The notes below the pieces were generated by a model. That model did no database searches. It was not told the DNA's origin and saw only the letters and a program-made list of their open reading frames with translations. Source: Candidatus Micrarchaeota archaeon (lineage in GTDB: Archaea; Micrarchaeota; Micrarchaeia; Anstonellales; Bilamarchaeaceae). From it: 64,000 nucleotides of DNA. How positions within the stretch are numbered: position 1 is the first letter of the stretch; each line of letters opens with the position of its first letter. The stretch is from the NCBI GenBank assembly GCA_038046765.1, contig JBBSVN010000005.1, positions 64,001 through 128,000 on the forward strand, read 5' to 3'. Shown piece by piece: positions 30,900 through 41,570 of this stretch. A program made the position numbers and the translations under genes.

Positions 30900-31646
30900 A
30901 TGAAAGTTAAAGAACTAGTCAAAAGATGTTTTCTTACTTGCGATCAAAAATCTTATGCTCAATTTATGCGAAGATTAAAACTCTTAGAAAAAGAACCCGC
31001 ACTAACCGCAACAGATGGAGCAATAAAATTTTCTGGTTGGTTAAATTCGCTAATCGGTAAACGCTTAGGCGTTCTAATTGCAAGTAAGCTTACTGATCGA
31101 AGTGATAAAATTGCCCGTCAAATTTCGCCATACATTCCTAGTTGGAGTAATGTTTTAGATTTTGGTTGCGGAGACGGAATTGTAGGCCAAAAAATCAGCG
31201 GATTTGCGCGCGTAAGTTTAGCTGATGTAGTAAACTATAATCGAACTAATTTACCATTTTCTTTATTTGATGGAAAATCCTTGTCACTTAAAGATGAGTC
31301 GTTTGATCGCGTGTTGCTTTTAACTGTTTTACATCATGCAAAAGATCCATTAGCTACCCTTAGGGAAGCGACAAGAGTGTGTAAAATTGGCGGGAAATTA
31401 ATTGTGATCGAATCCATTTATTTTAACCAACCTCATAAAATATTCAATCGATTTGCAGATTGGCTTTATAATAATGTTTTTAATGACCCAAGAATCCCCG
31501 TTCCCTGGAATTTTATGACTGCAGGAGGATGGGAAATATTATTTAAAGAATTTGGGTTAAAAACTGTAGAAATGGTTCACTTGGGAATAGATCAACCTAT
31601 TGTTCCTGAATGGCATGTTTTATTTGTACTGGAGAAGACGAGCTAA
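30900..31646 (+). CDS. Class I SAM-dependent methyltransferase
   Basis: LDFGCGDG, FDRVLLLTVLHH; start ATG 30900 after GGTGA. Confidence 0.88.
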   Translation: MKVKELVKRCFLTCDQKSYAQFMRRLKLLEKEPALTATDGAIKFSGWLNSLIGKRLGVLIASKLTDRSDKIARQISPYIPSWSNVLDFGCGDGIVGQKISGFARVSLADVVNYNRTNLPFSLFDGKSLSLKDESFDRVLLLTVLHHAKDPLATLREATRVCKIGGKLIVIESIYFNQPHKIFNRFADWLYNNVFNDPRIPVPWNFMTAGGWEILFKEFGLKTVEMVHLGIDQPIVPEWHVLFVLEKTS

Positions 31647-31711
31647 GTTTGCCGGTACATTTTTACCATAAAAAATAACTTTATTAATCATTTCCTATAT
31701 AAAATAATGTT

Positions 31712-32659
31712 ATGAAACTGTCAGTTGCAGATGGGCGTCACACTATTGCGAGGTGGCGGCCTAATGGTTCTTCTATATCTGGTTTTATTTTACCAATAGA
31801 AAATGCAGCAATATGCTCTAGAGGGTATTTGCCATTGCCTTTATTTGAGCGTAGTAGCGCAATAATGGCGGGTTGCTCCTCAAAATCTGGTCTAATGCCC
31901 GTTACTCTATCTGAAAATGCTCAAAATAGAAGGGTAATATTCGAAGCTAAAGAAAGCTCGGATTTTTTTATTGAACTGACTAAGGGTGGTATAAAAATAT
32001 TTAGTACTACTGGCATAGTTCCTCCAACTTCTGAAGTTTATTATATGCTTGACATGCGATTTCTTTCATCTAAAAGAATAAAACAAATTTCTGATTGCGC
32101 TACTAAAGACGCTTCGCACTACCGTGCATTTTACATTAGTGCAAATAAAGTTGGTAGTACAATCTCAAAGCTCGTTAATTTTGGAATTCTTAGCCCATTT
32201 GAAAATCCATCTTCAATAGCCAATAGGGGAAAAAATTTATTTGCTGTTTTAACTACTGAAAAATCTTTTGATACTTATCTAAAACTTATACTTGCTGGTG
32301 GATCTAATATTGTTATTCATCATCCAAGACAAATCGTATATAAAGATAGATTTTCTATTGAACATGTAAAAGATGAATTGCATTACGATCATCCAATTAT
32401 GCTAAAAAGCTCATTTGAAGTAAATGGGCATACTGTATTTGTTTTATCCTCATATGTTAGTTTCGGTTCAAATGTTTATCCTTATGAAGCTTCAGTATTC
32501 TTAGACGCAAATGGAACTAAAAAAGTCCTTCCTGCATTTTGTGAAAGATTAGCTACAAGAGAACAAGCAGAAGCCAAGCACTGGGAATTTTATGATAACA
32601 TAATATCTGGGAAATTTAGGTTTTTAGCTGCAATAAGAAGGGCTATTTCTGAGATTTAA
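31712..32659 (+). CDS. Hypothetical protein
   Basis: 315-aa ORF. Confidence 0.6.
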   Translation: MKLSVADGRHTIARWRPNGSSISGFILPIENAAICSRGYLPLPLFERSSAIMAGCSSKSGLMPVTLSENAQNRRVIFEAKESSDFFIELTKGGIKIFSTTGIVPPTSEVYYMLDMRFLSSKRIKQISDCATKDASHYRAFYISANKVGSTISKLVNFGILSPFENPSSIANRGKNLFAVLTTEKSFDTYLKLILAGGSNIVIHHPRQIVYKDRFSIEHVKDELHYDHPIMLKSSFEVNGHTVFVLSSYVSFGSNVYPYEASVFLDANGTKKVLPAFCERLATREQAEAKHWEFYDNIISGKFRFLAAIRRAISEI

Positions 32660-32665
32660 CTGAAA

Positions 32666-33505
32666 TTATTTTAAATAAATAACGCTTATTTCTGGGTTTG
32701 TTAGGAATCTTACCTTTCCGGTCGTTACTCCGCATGTTACGTATATTTCTCCATCCCCATATTTGGCTCTACCGCCACTAATCTTTCCAAAACCGCTTTG
32801 CTCAAGTAAAAAATCAGTTAGAAATGGAATCTGAATCTGCCCGCAGTGCGTGTGCCCCGCTAGAACTAGTGTTTTGCTATCTGTATCATTCGTGGAGAAA
32901 GAAACCTGGTTGTGCGTAAATACTATCTTTACTGTGCTAGCGTCTAAATTTCGTAAAGCATTGGAATAATTATTTTTACATAACCATGCATCATCAATTC
33001 CAAATACTGCAAATCGTTTATTATTACTTTCAATTATTTCAAGTTCGTTTCTTAAAACAGAAATCCCTAAATCGTTAAGCCTTTTTTCAGTTTGTTTATC
33101 TATTTTTGGAATAGGATTATTGCAACCCCAAATTCCATAATCGTGATTTCCTAAGGCAGCGAATTTACCCAAAGGTGCGTTAAGTTTTTTTAAAGGTTCA
33201 AGCTCCTGTAGTTCGCTTTCAAAATAATCGATGCTGTCCCCTGCGATTAGGATTAAATCTGGTTCGAGTTCATTTATCTTATTTACTACCTCTGTCAAAT
33301 ATCCCTTCTCTTGGCTTGCAATATGAATGTCGCTTATTAGAACGACCTTTATTGGTTCTCCCGTCTGATTAAACAAGTTAAAAGTATTCTCGGTTATCTT
33401 TAGGTTATATGGTTCAATAAAAACAGAATCAACAAAAACTATTAAACATATTATAGAAAGAATAATCAGAAGAACTACAAACATATTTTTTTGTTTATAA
33501 AACAT
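32666..33505 (-). CDS. Membrane-anchored metallophosphoesterase (YkuE-like)
   Basis: SDIH, AGD, GNHD, GHTHCGQ. Confidence 0.92.
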   Translation of the reverse strand: MFYKQKNMFVVLLIILSIICLIVFVDSVFIEPYNLKITENTFNLFNQTGEPIKVVLISDIHIASQEKGYLTEVVNKINELEPDLILIAGDSIDYFESELQELEPLKKLNAPLGKFAALGNHDYGIWGCNNPIPKIDKQTEKRLNDLGISVLRNELEIIESNNKRFAVFGIDDAWLCKNNYSNALRNLDASTVKIVFTHNQVSFSTNDTDSKTLVLAGHTHCGQIQIPFLTDFLLEQSGFGKISGGRAKYGDGEIYVTCGVTTGKVRFLTNPEISVIYLK

Positions 33506-33569
33506 GTTTTTGCCTTTTTCTTAATTGATCGTAAAAATAAAAACCTAACAAAAATAAATAAAAATAATA

Positions 33570-33608
33570 AAAAATCCAGAGAAGAGCAGAAAGCCTTCTC
33601 TAGCTTTT
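33570..33608 (-). repeat. Hairpin of the AAAAGCTAG...CTGGATTTTT family; possible terminator after rps7
   Basis: Minus strand AAAAGCTAGAGAAGGC-TTTCT-GCTCTTCTCTGGATTTTTT; same ends as the hairpins near 44900 and 58000. Confidence 0.6.
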
Positions 33609-33708
33609 CAAAAACTTCGTTTTATGAAAATAAAATAAAAAAATTAAAATTATCTCGCACTTCTCGCCATCTTCATAAATTAACAAATTTTGAAGATAAG
33701 AGAAGCCC

Positions 33709-34314
33709 TTACCTGGCGCTTCTCGCCATACGTTCAGTTTCGTCTCTCTTTTTCATGGCATAGCTTGTTTGGATATCTCCTTTAGCGGTGTTAATTATTT
33801 CATTAGCTAAACTTTGTTGAAGTTTTTTGCCTTTATTAAAACTTCCCAAAATAGCTGCCAAAGTAATATTTCTTAAAGCCATGTCTAACCTTCTTGTAGC
33901 AGATACATCAACTGCGATCTGGTAGCTAACTCCACCATATGATACTCTTGTTGTATCCTCTCTTGGAGCTGAGTTTTCTAAAGCACGAATTAAAACCTGT
34001 ACTGGATTTTCTTTTGTCTGCTTTGCAACTTCATCAAGTGCATGTTCTACAATTCCAAGTGCTTTAAGTTTTTTACCCTGCATCTTACCATGAGTTCGGA
34101 TTACTTTTCCTGATGTTTTTTCACCAGTTCCTCCTCTCATTAATTTGTTAGCAAGCCTTTCAACAATGTTGACATTTTGCTTTCCAAATGGTTTAGCTGC
34201 ATTTCTTCCAAAGCTATGTGGTATGTAAATAGGTTTAAGACTGACTACTTGGGCAAGACTTTTGTCCTTTATTTCAATCTTTTCTACTTCATACTTTCCA
34301 AATAATTTTTCCAT
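33709..34314 (-). CDS. rps7: 30S ribosomal protein S7 (uS7)
   Basis: IVERLANKLMR, ENPVQVLIRALENSAPRED, ERMARSAR. Confidence 0.97.
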   Translation of the reverse strand: MEKLFGKYEVEKIEIKDKSLAQVVSLKPIYIPHSFGRNAAKPFGKQNVNIVERLANKLMRGGTGEKTSGKVIRTHGKMQGKKLKALGIVEHALDEVAKQTKENPVQVLIRALENSAPREDTTRVSYGGVSYQIAVDVSATRRLDMALRNITLAAILGSFNKGKKLQQSLANEIINTAKGDIQTSYAMKKRDETERMARSAR

Positions 34315-34334
34315 AAACGTCCCTCTAGTTAAAT

Positions 34335-34763
34335 TTACCTCTTAGGCTTCTCTTTCTTTCCTCTTCGAAGCATCTGTAAGTCTGCGCCATTTACTGAAAC
34401 TACCTTGTATCTAACCCCAGGAATAGAACCCATTTGTCCACGTTGTGAACCTCCTAATCCTGCGATTATTACTTCGTCGTGTTCATCGATTTGATTGATC
34501 GATTTTTCTCTTATTGCAAATGCACTGACTATTTTACCGTTCTTAATAAGTTGTACCTTTACACACTTGATTAAACCAGAGTGAGGCTGCTTTTGTTCTA
34601 AGACGATCTTTTCTAGTACGATTGCTTTTGCTTGTGGTGCTCCTTCTAATGGGTCGAACTTATCCTTTAACTTAAGGGTTCTTCTCTTCCATTTTTTACT
34701 TAACCATCTGTGTTTTTGTCTTTTTCGTAAAAGATTTCGTCCTGCATACTCTCCGTTAGCCAA
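34335..34763 (-). CDS. rps12: 30S ribosomal protein S12 (uS12), TTG start
   Basis: [37 protein letters not shown]. Confidence 0.97.
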   Translation of the reverse strand: MANGEYAGRNLLRKRQKHRWLSKKWKRRTLKLKDKFDPLEGAPQAKAIVLEKIVLEQKQPHSGLIKCVKVQLIKNGKIVSAFAIREKSINQIDEHDEVIIAGLGGSQRGQMGSIPGVRYKVVSVNGADLQMLRRGKKEKPKR

Positions 34764-35015
34764 TTTATCACCTAAAATTATAAAATTACTTATCGAATTA
34801 CTTATTTATTTTAATAATACGTTAAGTAGTACTTAAATACAGTAAACTTTTGTTTTACAGTAAACATATATTTCTCTATTTAGTATTTAAATAAGTTTCG
34901 GTTTTATCCGTTTCTTACACTCTTTATAAACTTAACTACTTTACTTGTTTACTATTATCTACTGTATGCCCATCTATTTTTAATCCAAGCCTAAGGCAGA
35001 CTTTAGCAATAATTC

Positions 35016-35648
35016 TCATTTAAGTTGCGGTGCGGCTATCAAAATAAGAACTAAAAACATCAGACCTATGCTAAAACTTCCCATTACTGATACAATTTTT
35101 AGTGCAAGAAAGAAATTTCCTAAACTCGCTTTCATCTCTATTATCTTGTCCTCTTCGCTACTTAATGTAGATTTGATCGTATTAATATCCTCTGCGATTG
35201 TTTTTACTGATTGTTTATTGTTTTCAACCGAACTCTCAAGTTTTTTTATACTATTTGATGTTTCAGACATTTGCGACCCCGCCGCCTTTAAATCGCTTGC
35301 CGCATTTGCAAATGATCCCAAGGGTAAACTGGAAAGTGTATCTGCTAAACCCGTAAATGCACTTCCCATACTTTTTGTTGCATTTCTCATCAGAGAAAGT
35401 GTTCCTTGTGCCGAATCAAAAGATTTGGTTGCATTGTTTAGACTATCACTCGTATTAGTTAATAAATTCTGCATATCTTGTGTTAAATCAATTGCCGTAT
35501 CTAATTGTTTTTGGGTTAAATTCTCTACTTCGGATATTGCAAAAAGCATAATCAGAAGAGAAACTACTGCCAGTAGCATTCCAATTGCGCTTATTCCTAT
35601 TGCAGAATAATAAAAAATTTTCTTATATTTTGAAAGTATCTCTAACAT
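35016..35648 (-). CDS. Hypothetical membrane protein (TM - coiled coil - TM)
   Basis: Hydrophobic termini flanking a helical core. Confidence 0.7.
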   Translation of the reverse strand: MLEILSKYKKIFYYSAIGISAIGMLLAVVSLLIMLFAISEVENLTQKQLDTAIDLTQDMQNLLTNTSDSLNNATKSFDSAQGTLSLMRNATKSMGSAFTGLADTLSSLPLGSFANAASDLKAAGSQMSETSNSIKKLESSVENNKQSVKTIAEDINTIKSTLSSEEDKIIEMKASLGNFFLALKIVSVMGSFSIGLMFLVLILIAAPQLK

Positions 35649-35890
35649 AATCCATCCTTGTTACAGTAAATCGCAAAATAAATAAAAATCAATCGCTTTC
35701 GAAATTCGCTTTTAAGAAAATCAAAAACAAACAAACAAAAATCTGAGGAAGAAAATTAGAAACTTTAACGTTTTATCGTCCCGAGGCGCCCGGGTTATAA
35801 ACGAGGTTATGGTTTACGATGTTACTATCAAACTGCTTAGTATTAAAATATTTGCTCGTTGTTATCTATATTATCTTTCTAGTTGATTTT

Positions 35891-36715
35891 ATGGATTATA
35901 CCTATTATGTTGTTCTAGTGGCAATAGCCGCAATTTTGTATTCGCTGCTTTTGCGTTTTATCAATGATAAATTTGGTAACAAACAAGAAATGCAAAAATT
36001 CCAAGAAGAATCTAAGCGGTTAAGTGATGAATATTCTAAGGCTTCCAAGGCAAATGACAAAATAAAAATGGATCAGGTAATGAAAGAGCAGATGGAAACT
36101 TTGCCTAAAATGAATGGTATGATGCTTAATCAGTTTAAGCTCATGATTCCGATTCTTATTGTATTTTTTGTTTTTACGTGGAGCATAAATAATTTTGATC
36201 CAACTTTGAAAAATCATTTTACAGTTTCATTAAATGATCTTGCAAAAGATTGTGATAAGATTGCAAACGATGGTGTCTTTACTGGTTGTACTTACCTAAA
36301 TAGTTCCAATATCGACACTACCTGGGCCGTAATTGCAAAAGGATACGATTCATCTGGAGGTGAAATATCCGAAAATTTTACTTTATTTTCTTATGGGCAG
36401 GCACCATTTGATCAAAACGCTTACTATAAACAACAAAAAGGTACTCTTTCAATTTCTGTTGATAAGAAAATCTATTCTCCTAAAGACAAGATAACTATTC
36501 AGGCAAGTGGTAATGGTCTATATAAAGCAGACGCTATTTTGAATAATGGGGAAAGTTTTTATGTCGATTTGCCATTTACGATTCCATTTTTAAATGTTAA
36601 AAGAATTCACGAACCCTACTGGTGGTTCCTCTTTTTAACTGTTATAATCGGGCTGTTGCTTTCAATTGTTCAGGGTTTAATGACTAAAAAACCAGTAGTT
36701 AAGCAGTTAAGTTAA
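35891..36715 (+). CDS. EMC3/TMCO1 (DUF106) Oxa1-superfamily membrane insertase
   Basis: TM, coiled coil, QFKLM, TM, PYWWF; usual position before L34e-cmk-L14e-cbf5; start ATG 35891. Confidence 0.82.
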   Translation: MDYTYYVVLVAIAAILYSLLLRFINDKFGNKQEMQKFQEESKRLSDEYSKASKANDKIKMDQVMKEQMETLPKMNGMMLNQFKLMIPILIVFFVFTWSINNFDPTLKNHFTVSLNDLAKDCDKIANDGVFTGCTYLNSSNIDTTWAVIAKGYDSSGGEISENFTLFSYGQAPFDQNAYYKQQKGTLSISVDKKIYSPKDKITIQASGNGLYKADAILNNGESFYVDLPFTIPFLNVKRIHEPYWWFLFLTVIIGLLLSIVQGLMTKKPVVKQLS

Positions 36716-36835
36716 ACTTAAAAACTGTTCAATTAACATTATTAATAACAATCCTAGTAATAATTATAATGTTTATAACTAAAATAATGATTTAATGATT
36801 ATAACTAAAAGTTATATCTAAAAGGTGTATTATAT

Positions 36836-37075
36836 ATGAAAAACGGTAAATGTGCTATTTGTCAAGCAATGATAAAAGGATTAGAATCATCAGGAGCAAA
36901 ATCAAAGAAAACTATTTCGCGTACATTCGGTGCAAATTTATGTACTGGTTGTAGCAGGTTTGCACATGTTGAAGCGACAAGGGTAAAAAATAAATCGAAA
37001 AACATGGAATCGGTTGATTTCTCTTATAGAAAATACGTACAAAACATTATAGATTCTAAAAAATTCGCGCAATAG
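36836..37075 (+). CDS. rpl34e: 50S ribosomal protein L34e (short N-terminus)
   Basis: KCAICQ...SRTFGANLCTGC zinc motif; gene context. Confidence 0.85.
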   Translation: MKNGKCAICQAMIKGLESSGAKSKKTISRTFGANLCTGCSRFAHVEATRVKNKSKNMESVDFSYRKYVQNIIDSKKFAQ

Positions 37076-37085
37076 GTGCTAGGTT

Positions 37086-37610
37086 TTGATAATTGCCATA
37101 GCTGGGTTAACTGGTAGCGGTAAAAATACGGTAGGTGAATTCCTTGCCAAAGAGCTTGGAGTTCGCATGGTCTGCCCCACTATGAAGGATCTGGCTAAAA
37201 AAGAAGGCGTATCGCTTATTGAATTTCAAAAAATGGCCCAGAAGGATCCGAATATTGATTTGAAATTTGACCTTCTTCTTAAAGAAGAGTGTGCAAAAGG
37301 CGATGCGGTAGTTACAACCTGGCTTGGTGCATGGATAACTAAACCAGATGTTGCGATCTTTCTTAATGCGTCAGATAATACCCGAGCCGCACGTATCGTG
37401 GGAAGAGATAAAATGTCGCTTGCAATCGCGCTTAAGCATGTTCAGGAACGCGATTCACAAAATATAAAGAGATATAAAAAGTTGTATTCCATTGATATTA
37501 CAGATACATCTATTTTTGATGTTGTAATCAATAGCGATAAATTCACACAGGCGCAGGTAAATGAACTTGCTCTTGCATGTGTAAAAATAAAGCTTAATAA
37601 AAAATCTTAA
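37086..37610 (+). CDS. cmk: Cytidylate kinase, archaeal type
   Basis: GLTGSGKNT P-loop, RYKKLYSIDI; gene context. Confidence 0.92.
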   Translation: MIIAIAGLTGSGKNTVGEFLAKELGVRMVCPTMKDLAKKEGVSLIEFQKMAQKDPNIDLKFDLLLKEECAKGDAVVTTWLGAWITKPDVAIFLNASDNTRAARIVGRDKMSLAIALKHVQERDSQNIKRYKKLYSIDITDTSIFDVVINSDKFTQAQVNELALACVKIKLNKKS

Positions 37611-37693
37611 TAAATAATCGAAAAATAAATCTTAATAAAAAATTTTAATTAAAAATTAGTATTTGAAAATTTCAAATTAAAGGTGAAATTATT

Positions 37694-37864
37694 ATGGCAG
37701 CAATAAATGTAGGAAGCGTTTGCGTAATCATCGCAGGAAGAAGATCTGGAGAACAAGTAACTATTAGCAGTATTGCTGATTCAAATTGCGTTCTAACTAA
37801 GGACAAAAAAGGAAAAGAAAGAAAATATTCGGTATTACACCTTGAACCCGTTTCAAGAAACTAG
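37694..37864 (+). CDS. rpl14e: 50S ribosomal protein L14e (56 aa; absent from the ORF track)
   Basis: MAAINVGSVCVIIAGRRSGEQVTI...HLEP; AGGTGA SD; lies between cmk and cbf5. Confidence 0.88.
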   Translation: MAAINVGSVCVIIAGRRSGEQVTISSIADSNCVLTKDKKGKERKYSVLHLEPVSRN

Positions 37865-37873
37865 ATCTTGGAT

Positions 37874-38746
37874 ATGGCAATTAAGGATTTGCTAAATAAT
37901 TCTGTTGTTATTCTAAACAAACCCCCTAAACTTAGCTCGCATGAAGTTAGTGTAATTACTAAACAAATTCTTGGGGTTTCTAAAAGCGGGCATGCTGGAA
38001 CTTTGGATCCGCAAGTTAGCGGGGTCTTAATTGTAGCTTTAGGCAGGGCTACAAAACTTTTACAGTTTATAACTAAAGCTGATAAAACTTATGTTTGCAT
38101 TATTAAATTCAAGAATATTCTTGCTAAAACGGAAATTCTATCTCTTTTTGAAAAGTTTACTGGAACTATTACCCAGACTCCTCCTAAGGAATCTGCAGTA
38201 AGAAAAGTTGCTCGCAAGCGTCACGTATTTTATATTAAATTTTTAGAACAAAGCAAAGAAAATCCAAGGCTGGTTCTTTTTGAAACAAAAGTTGAAGCTG
38301 GTACATACATTCGAACACTCTGTGATGACATTGGAAAAATTTGCGGTGGTGCAAGGATGGAAGAATTACGCAGAGTAAAATCTGGTTCTGTTGGTGAGAC
38401 TAAGGCTATAACTTTGCAACAACTCAAACATATTTATCAAATGTATTTGCAGACTCAGGAAGACAAACAACTTTTAAAAGTTATAAAACCACCAGAATTT
38501 TACATTGATTTTCCAAAAGTTATGATTAAAAATTCCGCTTTAAAAAGTATTTCAAATGGAGCGCAAATAATGTTTCCCGCAATTAAAGACGCGCAAATGG
38601 GAGTTAAGAAAAATAATCTTGTTTATTTATGCGATGAGCAAAGCAAGTTTTTTGGTGTTGGTACTTCTCTTTTTGACTATGCCGAACTACCAAAAAAACA
38701 AGGTATAAAAGGACTTGCAGTAAATTTAGAGAGGGTTCATATATGA
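37874..38746 (+). CDS. cbf5: Pseudouridine synthase Cbf5/TruB
   Basis: GHAGTLDPQVSGVL, QTPPKESAV, AGTYIRTLC, PUA domain. Confidence 0.95.
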   Translation: MAIKDLLNNSVVILNKPPKLSSHEVSVITKQILGVSKSGHAGTLDPQVSGVLIVALGRATKLLQFITKADKTYVCIIKFKNILAKTEILSLFEKFTGTITQTPPKESAVRKVARKRHVFYIKFLEQSKENPRLVLFETKVEAGTYIRTLCDDIGKICGGARMEELRRVKSGSVGETKAITLQQLKHIYQMYLQTQEDKQLLKVIKPPEFYIDFPKVMIKNSALKSISNGAQIMFPAIKDAQMGVKKNNLVYLCDEQSKFFGVGTSLFDYAELPKKQGIKGLAVNLERVHI

Positions 38747-40353
38747 AATCTAGCGATTTTTTTATAAGATGCCTTGAAAACGAAGATGTCAAATATATAT
38801 TTGGTCTTCCAGGAGAAGAAGTTGAAGATGTTTTGTTTTCAATAAAAAGCTCCAACATTGAATTTGTATTAACACGCCATGAGCAAGGAGCTGCTTTTAT
38901 GGCTGACTTATATGGTCGTCTTACGGGTAAAGCTGGTGTGTGCTTATCTACACTAGGCCCTGGTGCGACTAATCTAATTACAGGGGTAGCTGATGCGAAT
39001 TTAGATCATGCGCCATTAGTTGCGATTACCGGACAAGGTAGTGTAAACCGATTGCATAAAGAATCGCACCAGATTATCGACATTGTTGAAATGTTCAAGC
39101 CAGTTACAAAATGGAACACACGAATAACTAGCGGGCAGGTTGTTGGTGAAATAGTTCGTAAGGCTTTTAAAATTGCGCAAATGGAAAAGCCAGGAGCTAC
39201 GCATATCGAAATTTCAGAGGACATTGCAGCCTCGCAAATTCCGGACAAAGAACCTATTTCAAAAACCACGCTTAGAAGACCTTATCCAGATCATAAGGCA
39301 TTATCCGATGCGGTTACACTCATAAATCAGTGCTCTAATCCAGTAATTTTAGCTGGTAATGGCGCAATTCGAAAACTTGCTTCAAAACAATTATCTATGC
39401 TTGTAGAAAAAACAGGCATTCCTGTAATTTCAACTTTCATGGGAAAAGGCGCAGTATCCGACCTAAGTGCTCATTCGCTTTTTGCATTTGGGTTAGGTAC
39501 AAAAAAATACGTTGCTGATATTTTTGCTCAAAGCGATTTAGTTATTTGTGTTGGGTATGATGTTGCAGAACTAGATCCCTCTAAGTGGAATCCTAAAAAA
39601 GATAAAAAGATAATTCACATTGATTTTACGCCTAGCGAAGTTTATGAAAATTATATTCCTAATGCTGAAATTGTCGCAGATATTTCGAACACTCTCTGGG
39701 CGCTTAATACTCAGATTATTAGAAATTTTGAGTCTGTTGTTGCAAAGAAAATTCGGGCGAATATTTTATCTGATCAGGCCGTTTCTTCAAAATCCAACTT
39801 ATTTCCAATAAGTCCGCAGAAACTTATTAGCGACCTGCGTTCTGTCTTAAAGGAAGATGATATTGTTATTTCCGATGTTGGCGCGCATAAAATGTGGATT
39901 GGAGCTAACTATCCAACATATAAGCCCAATACTGTTATTGTCTCAAATGGTTTTGCTTCAATGGGCATCGCACTTCCAGGTGCAATCGGAGCAAAACTAG
40001 CTAAACCTGATAAAACTGTTGTCGCAGTAACAGGAGATGGTGGATTTATCATGAACTGCCAGGAATTAGAAACAGCTAAACGGCTTAAAATTCCTTTTGT
40101 TTGCGTTGTTTTAAACGATACTAAATATTCGTTAATTGAAGCTAAACAAGTAAGAAATAAGGGAGAAGGATTTGCGATTGATTTTGAAAATGTTGATATA
40201 AGTTTACTTGCAAAAAGTTTTGGGGTTAAATCGATAAAAATTGATAAAACGAACGAACTAAAAGACGCGCTTAAGCAGGCAATCGATATGAATACTGTTT
40301 GCTTAGTCGATGTCCCAACTGATGCGAAGGAGAATTTGAAGTTGTTTGAATGA
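38743..40353 (+). CDS. ilvB: Acetolactate synthase large subunit-like TPP enzyme
   Basis: FGLPGEE, RHEQGAAFMAD, GPGATN, GDGGF. Confidence 0.88.
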   Translation: MKSSDFFIRCLENEDVKYIFGLPGEEVEDVLFSIKSSNIEFVLTRHEQGAAFMADLYGRLTGKAGVCLSTLGPGATNLITGVADANLDHAPLVAITGQGSVNRLHKESHQIIDIVEMFKPVTKWNTRITSGQVVGEIVRKAFKIAQMEKPGATHIEISEDIAASQIPDKEPISKTTLRRPYPDHKALSDAVTLINQCSNPVILAGNGAIRKLASKQLSMLVEKTGIPVISTFMGKGAVSDLSAHSLFAFGLGTKKYVADIFAQSDLVICVGYDVAELDPSKWNPKKDKKIIHIDFTPSEVYENYIPNAEIVADISNTLWALNTQIIRNFESVVAKKIRANILSDQAVSSKSNLFPISPQKLISDLRSVLKEDDIVISDVGAHKMWIGANYPTYKPNTVIVSNGFASMGIALPGAIGAKLAKPDKTVVAVTGDGGFIMNCQELETAKRLKIPFVCVVLNDTKYSLIEAKQVRNKGEGFAIDFENVDISLLAKSFGVKSIKIDKTNELKDALKQAIDMNTVCLVDVPTDAKENLKLFE

Positions 40354-40366
40354 TTAAAAAATCGAA

Positions 40367-41458
40367 TTAGCGATTAAATATCCTAGATAAGAAATTAGGA
40401 ACTTCTTTTATAAGCTCAAATAAAGAAGCCGTTGCAACACCTGCTAAAACAGCCGTAAACCAGTAAACTAACTGCAATTTCCTATTTTTATTATCTATTA
40501 GTTCTTGATTTTCTGAATTTAATTTAAATACAAAAGATTTTTCGTGATCGGGGTCTTGAGCGTATACATTGTAAAAGTTTAGTCCATTATCTGAATAAGA
40601 ATCAAAACGTAAAATGTTTAAGGGGCGGTTCGGATCCCCTAGTTCTGGCACAAAACAACTAAATCTAGAATTGCAATTGTATTTGTTTGTTGCTACGATA
40701 AAATTAAAGTTGTATAATTCTTTTACAGCATCTAATCTAATAATAAATTTGCCGTTTGGAGTTATACTTGTTCTAGTCTGAATCAAAAGAGTTTTTCCTT
40801 CTAATGCTCGTTTAGGACACATTGTTTCAAATTCGACAGACTTATTTGTGATACACTCATTTATTTTCGTATAAACATTATTTTTGTTTACATCACTTTC
40901 AATTAAGAATGCATTTTCTACTATGCTGTTGATATCCTTAGAATTAATTTTAATCGTACCAGTTGAGTTAATTAAATCTGTTATTGTTATATTTGTAATA
41001 TTATCTTCAGGGTATGTAGAAAAAGTTAAATTATTTATATAAAATTCATCACTTCCATTCGTTTTAGGGTATATTGAAATGTCATAAAAAGTATCCTTAT
41101 AATCATCAGTTAATTTCATCTTTTCAATAGCAGAAAGTTCCCCAAACTGATTTAATATCACAAATAAAGATATAGTAAAAATAATGCATAATATTCCAGT
41201 CCATAAAATTCCCTTATGTATGCTACCTTTTCCAGAATTATTTGCTTTGCTGTTATTTTGCTGATTTTCATCTGGTTTAAAATAATAATTATGAAATCTA
41301 CCTGTTTTTTCATAATAAATTTTATTATTTAAAACTAACTCATTCAGGGTCTTTTCTATTTTTTCTGGAGATACCTCCAAACTATTTGCTATCTGATTAC
41401 GACTAACTAGTGGTTTTTGATTTTTCAACAAATTTAGTATTTTATCTTCTAATTCCAC
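40367..41458 (-). CDS. Membrane protein with N-terminal wHTH, TM, Asn-rich extracellular domain and C-terminal TM
   Basis: ILNLLK...SRNQIANSLEVS...LNELV wHTH; two hydrophobic segments. Confidence 0.65.
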   Translation of the reverse strand: MELEDKILNLLKNQKPLVSRNQIANSLEVSPEKIEKTLNELVLNNKIYYEKTGRFHNYYFKPDENQQNNSKANNSGKGSIHKGILWTGILCIIFTISLFVILNQFGELSAIEKMKLTDDYKDTFYDISIYPKTNGSDEFYINNLTFSTYPEDNITNITITDLINSTGTIKINSKDINSIVENAFLIESDVNKNNVYTKINECITNKSVEFETMCPKRALEGKTLLIQTRTSITPNGKFIIRLDAVKELYNFNFIVATNKYNCNSRFSCFVPELGDPNRPLNILRFDSYSDNGLNFYNVYAQDPDHEKSFVFKLNSENQELIDNKNRKLQLVYWFTAVLAGVATASLFELIKEVPNFLSRIFNR

Positions 41459-41570
41459 ATTATCCCTTTCTATTTTTCTTACTTTGATAATGTCTTATTG
41501 AATATAAAAATCTGTCCTTTGCATTGTTGTCAACCCTAACCTTAATTAATCTAATATTCTAGTTTAATCT

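Noticed and set aside
33650..33729. BHB mRNA intron in rps7
   Set aside because: No 4-bp central helix with 3-nt bulges can be drawn at the repeat junctions, and the gene is already complete.
37874..38746. Intron in cbf5, as in some Crenarchaeota
   Set aside because: The frame is continuous through GHAGTLDP.
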